Assembly (NCBI GenBank): GCA_024137785.1 | Contig: JAHRHZ010000002.1 | Location: 12,175,082 to 12,239,081 of the forward strand | Length of the DNA stretch: 64,000 nt | Source: Ginglymostoma cirratum | Taxonomy: Eukaryota | Direction of reading: 5' to 3' | Shown: one piece after another, positions 50,601 through 61,800 of the stretch | Position numbering within the stretch: position 1 is the first letter of the stretch | Layout of the letters: each line of letters opens with the position of its first letter | Notes under the pieces: model-generated | Told to the model about the DNA's origin: nothing | The model's database searches: none | What the model saw: the letters and a program-made list of their open reading frames with translations, nothing else | Program-made: the position numbers and the translations under genes

Positions 50601-52749
50601 GTAGTCTCCCAGACCATGGACCTTTTTGAGCAGGCAGCTGGAGATCTGCATTCGACTGATTCGGAATTGCAGGCGGTCACTGTTTTGTCTCTTCCCATTT
50701 CCTTGCTATCTGTTCTGTACCTGTCTTTGTGGGACGGGAGAGGAGGCGGCAAGATCTGCATTGTTGTCTGCAGGAATCCAGCTCGTCTGCAGGAATCCAG
50801 CTCAACTGCACGACCTGAAAATGCTGCTGAGGCTGCATCGTAATCAATAGGCCATACCATCTCACTGCATAACCCTCTATAGGAGTAGCTTTTCACATTT
50901 CAGTTGGGGAAATGACAAGAACTGAACACTGGTTTAAAACATGCTCCATCTACCTGGCTGTTGCACAACATTTTTGTCCTTGAGTGATTCCAGAGCATTT
51001 AACACCTTGCTGACAGTCCCTGTGTTTGAGTCTGGCCTCTCCTTGACACTACCATATTACAAGCAAAAGCTAAATTGCATTGCATTGTAAGGTCTGACTA
51101 TCAATACTGATTATTGGTTTAATGGCCTTCAGTAGGGTGATTACATGTGGTATAGTCTACGGTTGTTGTGATTCACCAAGGCATTCTATATCCTTGAATA
51201 ATGATGGGAAAAGACATTTATTTGTAAGGCGTGCCTACTTTTTCCATCCTCCCCAAAAACTACTCAAGCTTGCTTCTTTGAATCATAAAATCAGCAAAAC
51301 ACAAGCTCTGACTGTCTAGTAGGCACTAGACTTGTGCACTACATACCCACTATTAGAATACACCCTATCAGTACCACTGTAATTTAGTAATTTCAAAATT
51401 AAATGGCTTTAAGCAAGGCACTGTGGGCCAATTAAGTATTTTATCTGCACTGATATGAAAAACATTTTTTATCAATAGTGCTCTCGTTTTATTAAAGAAA
51501 ACTTGAAATACGGTCAATGAAAGAGCACTTCACTCAACAGAACATCATTAATTGTAAGAATTCTTAAGCGACCTGCTTGAAGCTGTTAATACTGTTACGT
51601 AGTGGCAACATATGAGTGCCTTCTGACGCAAAACATACAGATCTTTGCTATTGCCATTTTTAATAACTTCAACTGCTTGTCAAAATAAAGGTTTCTGCAA
51701 TTTTGTTTTGCAGAAATGTTTTGCATATTTTTTTAATAGCCGATCTGCCTACTTTTTAAACTTTATACCTTTGACCAGCTAGTTGTAATTTGAAAACTAG
51801 TTTCCCAAGTGGACTCAGTCTAAGTTTGAATGTATGTTGTTAACGCAGTTAGGACAGGATGGATCGTGACAGTGCCCACACCTATATCCTGAAATTGGCT
51901 GTTCATATTGCCATTCAATAATTTGTTCTAAATATAGGTGTTAGAAATTTGCGTAGGGTGGAGTTGGGGGGATAAAAGTAATAATGCTTAACTTGGTTGC
52001 TGTGCTTTTAATTTCTAATAAATGGCTGTATCTGGGCAATTTAACTGAAATGCTCAAGTCCAGGAGGAAAACAAAGCTGCCTTACACAAAACAATGTATG
52101 TTGTACTCAGCCAGTAATAAACAAGCCTAACCCTACCACACTTGTCAGAAGACTGTTCACCTTGTTTTTCTAATGCTGTTTCTGATATCACTTTGAGCTG
52201 GGAGGGATCTGACGTGTTGTATCTGCTTAGTTTAGGCCTATTAAAGAGATTCCTAAACTAATGCGTGATACCTGAATGTTTGAATTTGAAATGTGTAAGC
52301 AATTGTGTTTAAAACAGTAGAGAAATGCAAGAAAGCTTTAATCTTACACTGAGCATCGAGAAAGAGCAGGTGACTGGAGGCCGAAAATGTGTAGTCATTT
52401 GCTGTCCTTTACAAATTGTGTTAATCATGTTAAAGTGTAATTGTTGCGTTTTCAGAACTGGTTCAGTGATTTTTCTACCAATTGGGAGGGTAGTGTGGGA
52501 TGGTAGGGAAGAACTGAATGGATAAGTCATGTCTTGTAAGGCAACCTTCAGGAATTGTAAATTTAAATGTGTGCAGCAAGATTACTGGACTAGGTTTGCA
52601 TACATATTGATCCTAATTATAAATAAAGGCTGTAATCTAATATTACTTAATTATTTTTGGCCTGAAGGAGAATTTTTAAAAAACTGACATTTTCTATTTT
52701 TTTATTTTTTTTGAAAGGTAATTGATACAATTACAACCCCTTTGATACG

Positions 52750-52856
52750 ATGGGTTCAGGGCCTGTAGATCCAAAAGAGCTTCTGATAGGGTTGGACTGC
52801 CTACTTGGTAAAGATGGGGAAATTAAAAGTGGTGATGGTGTCATTAGAATATACAG
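52750..52856 (+). CDS. PPP1R10: PPP1R10 first coding exon (exon starts 52718)
   Basis: acgATGg; [35 protein letters not shown]; CAG|gtaatt. Confidence 0.95.
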
Positions 52857-55800
52857 GTAATTTTACATTTTTTTTCTCCATATAATTATACACCGACAAA
52901 ACACAAGCTCCATATTTGTCCCACTGTTTTCAGAGTTTGTTACAGCATGTGATTTTTTTTTAAGGGTTTGCTGTAATAACGTATGATATATTAAATAAAT
53001 GAATACTGATACTTAACAAGTAATTTCAAATGTTAACCTACTTTCCTTTTCTGAGAAGCTATAACTGCTAGATTTTTATCATCTCATTCATGGGTTTGAA
53101 TATTTATGAACGCGGGGCACCGTTGAAGAATTTGCCTATGGTCTTGGGAGGTTGGGCAGGGAATTGTAGTCCATTTTTTTTCTTTTTTTGGGGAATCTAT
53201 TTTGACTTGTGCGCCCAGTTCTCTTTTTTTTCTAGTGTATACACTAGAGATTGCCCACAGACTATTTATTTGAGGCTGGTGGTGTTCACAACATGTACAA
53301 TGGGTATGATCCATAGATTCTGTTTAGATAACAGCCAAGAACTAGGGTTGAGCTGATGTTTTAACCTTTCTTAGCTTGAAACTGAGTGTGATGCACTTTA
53401 ACATTTGTTATGGCTTAATAGTCCTTGTTTATGCAGCAGAGTCTGATTTTTCAATTGTCTCCTCCCTGCTAGTGGACAAAGACCTTGCTCGGCCGGGAGC
53501 ATGTGGTAGTCAGTCAGTGTGCGCTAGCCATCCCACATTTAACGATTATAGGCATCTTCCATCCCCCCCATCATGCAGTTTGTTTATACCAGGAATTGTA
53601 GCTAATTCAGTATTACACACTTCTACCTACAATAGAAAAGAAAACTGGGAGAGATGTAAAACTGGCATTCCGTTCAATCCTGCCAGTTTCCCAACAAATA
53701 GGTTAGATTAAAAGGACCTCCTCTACCAACCATCTTGATTCTTTAGTAACCTAGGTGCTCTTTTGAATTTGAGGTTCCATTTCACAACGAACGATATCCA
53801 TTCTGTTTGAGTTATTTTCAATCTATTAAACACACTATTTCTTCCTTTTGAGTAATGCCTATTCAGAATATTTATGTTCTGTGCCTTCTGCTTTAAACCC
53901 CATGGCTTGTTAATTATCTTTCCTACTTTTGACCTTCAGGTTAATGAAAGATGCAAAAAAGTTAGTGAGCAGATGCATGTACTTGAACATTTTGCTGCAG
54001 ACCAGATCGGAGGATATCTTGAACCAGTAAGGATGCTAGTTTCTAACTTAGTATCAATGTCGTTGGTCTTTTGGCTGTTCTCTCCATCAATATTGCAGCA
54101 TGATATTTATAAATGGATATTATTCAACCTGTCATCCAACCTTTTTATTGACCCTACACATATAACCGTTTTGTTTCTAATAGTTGGCAATTAGTAACAA
54201 ATGCACAAATTCACACGGTTGTTCCTTTATTTCAACTATTCAGCTTACTATAGGCATCACCCTCCAGTTTGCATCCAAAGTTCTGTTTCTGTGTATTCAC
54301 AGTTGGTTCACTCAGCTTTGTGCTTATGAAATCCTAAGGACTGCATTAAGCTTTGAAGAGTTGGGAGGTTGGTATCATAAGAAAATTCATTCTCGGGCAA
54401 GTTATCTCAATATGTTGAGATGGCCTGTTCAGAAATGGCCAACTCTGCAGGTTTCAGCTTGCTTGGTTTCTGGCAGACTTTCTTGTAGCTCAGCAGGTTG
54501 TTGAACTCAACCACTTGATTGTGAAGTCTGGGTTAACATCCCTAATGTGTGACTGAGCACATCTACTACATGATTGGAAAACATGTTTTGAGTTAGACAT
54601 TAACTCGCAATTGTCCAGTTTAAATTAGAAATGACAGGTTGACGAAGAATGGTACCAAATAGAATGAAAGGCCTTTGTCATCATTCTTCAGAGTTACCAC
54701 TTAAAATACCAACTACTACTTACTCTCTTCTCTTTCTGCCCCCCCGCCATGTTCCCTGGTTTACTTTTGTTGTAAATATTTTCCATTTTTAGTGCTGTAC
54801 CTCTGAATAGCAAGGTATGCAATGTGAGATAACAAGGTGTAGAGCTGGATGAACACAGCAGGCCANNNNNNNNNNNNNNNNNNNNNNNNNNNNNNNNNNN
54901 NNNNNNNNNNNNNNNNNNNNNNNNNNNNNNNNNNNNNNNNNNNNNNNNNNNNNNNNNNNNNNNNNNNNNNNNNNNNNNNNNNNNNNNNNNNNNNNNNNNN
55001 NNNNNNNNNNNNNNNNNNNNNNNNNNNNNNNNNNNNNNNNNNNNNNNNNNNNNNNNNNNNNNNNNNNNNNNNNNNNNNNNNNNNNNNNNNNNNNNNNNNN
55101 NNNNNNNNNNNNNNNNNNNNNNNNNNNNNNNNNNNNNNNNNNNNNNNNNNNNNNNNNNNNNNNNNNNNNNNNNNNNNNNNNNNNNNNNNNNNNNNNNNNN
55201 NNNNNNNNNNNNNNNNNNNNNNNNNNNNNNNNNNNNNNNNNNNNNNNNNNNNNNNNNNNNNNNNNAGGCCCAAAACATCAGCCTTCCTGCTCCTATGATG
55301 CTGCTTGGCCTGCTGTGTTCATCCAGCTCTACACCTTGTTATCTCAGATTCTCCAGCATCTGCAGTTCCGACTATCTCTGAAACAAGGTATGCAATGTAT
55401 TTTCTTGTGGACAAGAGCTGATGAGAGTTAAGTGCCTAACCTGATTATTTATTTCCTTGAAGGTTCATTAATGTTGGTGGTTACAAGCTGCTGAATAACT
55501 GGCTGGCTTATTCCAAATCTACTAGCAATGTACCATTGTTACAACAGATTCTGCTGGCATTGCAACTGCTGCCACTCACTGTGGACCATCTAAAACAAGT
55601 AAGCAAACAAGTCACTGTCCATTGTAACCTTGAGGATAGGACTTGCCTTTTATGACCATGTTCACCATACAAAGGAGTTATGATTTGTATTCTGTGCAAT
55701 TAAACTAGTGATGAAAAATATTCCAGTCTGGCATGTGTGAATACGATAAGTGCTTTGAATTGGCAGGAGGAGATGAGACTAGCCAACATAAACTTAAGGT

Positions 55801-58800
55801 GATTAATAGAAAAACTAGAGAACAGATGAGAATTTTTGACACAAAGCGTGATGGATGCAGACTGACGAATAATTTTTTAAATGGGACATCTGTAGGGTCA
55901 GGTGGAGGGCAGGGGAGGGAGACAATTTAAAAGTCCTTTCAAAGTGCCAAAACAAGTCCAATAGTTTGAATGGCAGCTTCTCTTATAATTAATAGCTTGA
56001 TAGTACAGCATTTGAACTTTGCTAGAGTTGGGAGGCGAAGTGAAACTTTATTTTTAACTTGTATTTGGGTTAAATTCAAGGCTAAAAGTTTTCATTTGGC
56101 TCTTTTTAGCTTTGTAAAATTCTTAAGTGCGAGAAAAGGGCCTTTTTTCTTTGCCTACGCTCTGCTATGCTGTGGCATGGCATCATTTTCCGTTATTAGA
56201 GCCACGATTTAAGATATTTTCTTCCAATGTGCTAGTGGTTGTTATGTTGTAATTTCTTTTTGTTTTCAAATAAACTGCTTTTCTGCAACAATATTTTCCC
56301 ATCTCTGGGAAGAATCAACCCTTCTCTTTACCTGTCTCCCTTGAATGATTTATCTCGCATAAACCTTGCAGACTTCTGACAATAAAATTCAAAATAACTA
56401 CAGATACTGAAAATCAGAAACAAAAACAGAAATTGCTGCAAAAACGCAAAAAGCTCAGCAGGTCTGGCAGCACGTATGGAGAGAAATCAGAGTTAACGTT
56501 TTGGGTTCAATGACCCTTGCTCAGAACTGATGGTAGCCAGGAAAAAATTGTTTTCTATGCAGAAAGTAGATTGAAGGGAGGGGATAAGGACTAAATGATA
56601 GGTAGAGATAGAACCCACCAAAGAAAGAGAAGAACTGTTGAACAGACATAGGAGAATGAATAGCTATTAAAGGGACTATTAGTGGCTAACAGTGGGTTGT
56701 GTGTAGTAGCAATTCATGTGATAACAAAGCTAGATGTGTGGGTTTGGGATAATAACATGGGAGAAGGTGCCTCATGCCCTAAAATTTTGAACTCAGTATT
56801 GAGTCCAGAAAGCTGTAGAGTCCCCAAGCAGAAAATAAGGCATTGTTCTTCCAGCTTGTGCTGAACTTTGGAGCACAGCAGCAAGCCTGAGACAATTTTT
56901 GGCCAGGGAAAAAATGTAGTGTGTTGAAGTTGCAGGCAGCTGGAAGCTCAGACTGTTCTTTGCGAACAGAACATAGGTGTTCTGCGAAGTGGTCACCTAG
57001 CCTACACTTCATTTTCCTCAATATAGAGGAGACCATTATTGTGAGCAGCAAATACAGTAGACAAATTGAAGTACAGGTAAAGCGCTGCTTCACTGGAAGA
57101 TGTGTTTGACGCCTTGGATACTGACGAAGTAGGAAATAAACTGGCAGGTGCTGTGGGGGATAGCGTGTTGGGAGTGAAGGAGGAGTGGGCAGAGGGAACG
57201 GTCCCTGTGAAAGGCTGACAAGGGAGGGGAGGGGAAGTATATGTCTGGTGGTGGCATCCTGCTGGAGGTGGCAGAAATGGCAGCTAATGATCTCTGTGTA
57301 TGTGGATGCTGGTGGGATGATAGGTGAGGACAAGTTGCGGGGGGTTGTTGTGGGAGAGAAGAGAGGGTGTGAGGGCTAAAGTGAGGGAGATGGGTCAGAC
57401 CTGGCTGAGGGCTGTATCAGCTACAGTGCTGGAGAATCCTTGGTTGAGGAAGAAGGTGGACATTTCAGAGGCTCCCTTGTTGAAGTTGGCATCATCAGAA
57501 CAGATGCGACAGAGACAGAGGAGCTGGGAGAATAGAATAGAGCCTTTACAGGAAGCAGGGTGTGAGGATATACAGCCAAGATAACTGTGGGAGTTGGTTG
57601 GTCTGTCATGGATATTAGTGGCCAGCCTATCCCTAGAAATAGAAACAGATGTCAAGGAAGGGAAGGGAGGAGTCAGTGATGGATCAGGTGAAGGTGAGAG
57701 CAGGGTGGAAATTGAATGCGAACTTGATAATCTTTTCCAATTGCAGATGAGGGGTGGAAGCAGCACCTTTGATATCATCAATCTACCGGAGAAAGACTTG
57801 GGAGTGGGGGCTGGAATAGGACTGAAACAGGGTGGAACATTCCCCACAGAGAGAGAGTGTCCAGGGGGAAATAGGAGGAAGTATGTGAGAGCAGGTGCTC
57901 AGGCACTGCAATGTAGAAGTCGGTCTGCCAGACTTTTGATAATGTTGGATGTCCTAGTTGCCCTAAGTTTTGTGTGCACCTTTTGTGCTTACACTGGGTA
58001 CCTGTACTATTGGCAGATGTAGGCATCTCTTTGAAGGAGCTTGCTCAGTATGGTTGTGTTACAAGTGGTGTGTTTTTTCATAACATCTGTGGGTAGTAGG
58101 GAAGCTCCAGAATGCAAGTGTCTTACCTGAGCCTGTCTCTATTTCAGAATAACACAGCCAAGATAGTGAAACAGTTGAGCAAGAGCTTTGATGATGAAGG
58201 TTAGTCGTAATGTATTCTATCTGCATCGAGTTTAAAAGAGCTGAAGTTGCATTTCTTTAAACATCTGATATTTCCACCACCAGTTTGACTGTTCTGTTTA
58301 AACTGCAACTTAAGAGGAAGTAATACATACTTGTTTCTGTTTTATGAATAGTTCCTTTCATCAGCAAGACAAAGTGAAATTTGTTCCATGTTTAATTTTT
58401 GGTGCAAAGCAGTTATAATTCATTTGCTTCTGATTTAAATAAGTTTCTTCCTGAGACATACCTCACCAAAGCTACAGGCACGAACAGTCCTTTCATTCAC
58501 AAATGGTTATTTGCCTCTTGGTGCAATGAGTGTCAATTGCACCACCATCCAGGGCATCATAGGCAATCCTGATGATGCTCAGCTGCCTAGGATACATGCA
58601 TTTTCTAACTGATAAGTAGATAGTGGGTAGAAGTTAAGCCTTCACTAACATCCATTCTCCAGCAAAATTTAATCATCCAACCATTACTATTGTGGAGCTA
58701 ACTATTAACTGATAGTGCAGTTAGGTCTCAGTGATGTTTGTCTTGAAAGCAATCCTTTATTTTTCATAATTTCTTATTTTATGTTTTAGAGCTCCGGAAG

Positions 58801-61800
58801 TTAGCACAAGTTCTGGTCAACCATTGGATGACTGTAATTCGTTCTCAGAGCACAGGTCCTGGTGCACAAGGTACGGTTTGATTATTCGTGTATAATTTTT
58901 TTTGGTGTCTTATGTCTGATCAGTCGTGCCTTATGCTCCATTTTACCCATTGTCAAACTGTTTTTGTGGTGCTGCTTCTCCAAAAACAGCTCATCCCAAA
59001 CCCTGAAAGGCATTTCTGCTACAATTCTGCAGATTCAACGCATCTTCCGATGCTTTGTGACTCATGTTTTACTGCAGGACAAATGCAGCCAGTGTTGTCT
59101 TCAGAAGATGCCCATTGATGATTGTTGAGTGACGATGGAGAGAGAGAATTTTATATTGATTCAAAGTGCCCTGAGGTCTAGGGACATTGTAAATCACTGT
59201 AAAACTCAAACTTTTGTCCAAGCTGTGTAAGCCCAATCTACCCAGTTCAAAGAACAGGAATTGTGCTGGTATATGTAGCTCGTTTTCACACTGGGTATTC
59301 TACTAGATGCCAAACCTACATTTTGGTGTTGGGGTGAAGGTTTAGGAAATTTGAGTTGGTACTTAGAATTATGGATTTTTTGTGCATTGTTTTTAATAAG
59401 ATTAAAATTTTTAGACTGATAAATGTAAGAGAATGTGTAAACTTAATGTTACCTATAAAGTAGCCTGTTGTTATCGACTAATGAAATCTTTAGGTGTCTG
59501 GCAGCCATTCTGATTCCTATCTTCTGTGGGACATATTTAGGTTTTTCATTGTTGAATCCAGACTAATCAGTATAAATAGATCATGGTCAGAAAATCTAGT
59601 GGAACTGTTACTTTTTGACTGTAATGTAATCACTTCTTTAAATTGCTGTGGGTACTCCTGATTAAAGAAGAAAAATATAATTTGGTTTTGTCTAATATTT
59701 AGATCCTTTCCCTCTTGTTTGCCTAGCAAGTTCTTTACCTTTTTTAGTGTTTTTCTATTTAAATCTGTAGATAAACAGCCAGAGAGAAAGAGGCGGAAAG
59801 ATGAAAAGAAAGATGAAAGCAAGATTCGAGCGCCAGTTTCTGAGCGAGTCCCAGATCCCAAATCAGACGTCCGAGTGGAGACGAAGGAAGAGGAATCATT
59901 GGAGAAGAAACGCGAAAAGCCCAAGTCGTTACGGACAACTGCACCCAGTCACGCCAAGTTCAGATCAACAGGTGGTTAACACGTGGCTGTCATACACTTG
60001 TAACGCACTAATCTGCCTTAAAACACCTAGCCTGAATATTATTTGACTTTTTTTAAAAAAATTCTTCTCTTACAACTGTTCTCGTTTGATCCTTTGCACT
60101 CTAGTTCAGTCCCATGTCAGACATATGCTCAGTTACCCGCAGATAACTTGAGAATGTCTGATGCATGCTTTATTTTCACACATCTGTTTCAGGACTCCGT
60201 TTGATGTAAATGGTTTAGAGATGTTTGATTAATCTTTTTGTGAATTTTAAGAAGAAGAGATCATCTACAAATGACAAGTGACATTCCCTAATGAAGTGCA
60301 GATCTAGCGTCTTGTGATTAACCTTGCTTTTAAGAAATTACCAATTGGTAGCTGCTTACTTCCCTTGGTGGTAATGTGACACTCACCCTCCTTCTAACTC
60401 CATTTGCAGGCCTGGAGATGGAGGTTCCTGTTCTACCAAAGAAGAGTTCTTCTGGCCCGGTAATTTCCGACAAGTACAACATCAAGCCAACGCCTCTGAA
60501 GAGACCGAGGTGAGATCACTTTGTAATGAAAAGCATGAACAGTACGGCTAGATGCAACAGCATGTTAAGGTATAGCTTAGTCATGGCAACCAAAGACTTC
60601 GGAGTTACATGTGCATACTAGAGAAATATGCAAAAATAAGTGACCATTCTCATGCTGGTATAAATGTTAGCTCCAAGCAGATTAGTTTGAAATATGTTTT
60701 ATGTTGTATTGTGTGGATCAGAGTAGCTCTGCAGTGGGAACTCAGATTCTATACTCTTCATCTCCCCAATGGGGTCATGAGCCCATGGGCCTTGTATTGC
60801 TTAAAATGCATCTTGTGGTTTTCCTTCCTTGCTGTTTCCAAACTCTCTCAACCTGTTTTTAGTCCATGCTGATGTCCTACAGGTGTAACTTTGACTTAGA
60901 CCTGTTCCCTTGCCCTTTATGTCAAACTCTGCAAATATGTTATTTCAGGTACATATGCAGTTCCCATTTAAAAGCCATGGCTGAATTTGTCCCTTTCACG
61001 TTCTTCAGCAGTACATTCTCCACATGCATAAAAATACATTACCTCATGTTGCCAGTAGTCTATTTGCCAGTTATGTTGCATCTGTGTCCTCTGATTTTCA
61101 ACCTTTCTCTCTGGGAGGCGGTTTCTCTCCATATATTGCCCAGACACCTTGTGATTTTGAACATGCCATAAATCTCTTGAGACTTCTCTTTTAAAAGCTT
61201 TGGTTTCTTTGAACTATCTAAGCAACAGAAGTCGACCATTCTTCTAAGTTTCTTCTTAACCCTCTCTAAAGTATAAAACCTTCCTAAAATGTGGTACCTG
61301 GAATCAGGCATAGTACACCAATTGAGGCTGAATTAGTTTCATAAAAGATCATCATCATAGCTTCTTGCTTTTTGTACTCTCTACCTCTGTTTATGAATCC
61401 CAGGATTCTGTATGCTTCACTCAATGGTTCTGCGACTTGCCTTTGACCAATGCACAAATATCACCGGGTCTTCGTATTCCTGTAATTTAATTTTTGGATT
61501 GTAACCATTATCTCCTGTTGCTTATCTCTTTCTTCCTGTTAAATGTATTATGTTGTACCTCTGCATTAAATTTCAGCTGTTATTTGTCTGCTCAAGGATG
61601 GTATAGTAACTCAGGCACTCACTGTTGCAGGGACCCAGCTTGAGTGACTAGTGTGGAGTTTGCACATTCTCCCCATGTCTGTGTCAGATTCCACTGGGTG
61701 CTCTGGTTTCCTCCCACAGTCCCAAGATGAGCAGGATAGGTGGATTGGCAGTGGTAAATTGCCCCATTGTCTGGGCAACTGCCGAGTGGGTTGGTTATCG

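Noticed and set aside
50616-50843. 75-aa transmembrane microprotein as a confident CDS
   Set aside because: The hydrophobic stretch simply reflects a U/C-rich tract, and the ORF contains a frameshifting 19-nt duplication. Kept only as a hypothesis in findings.
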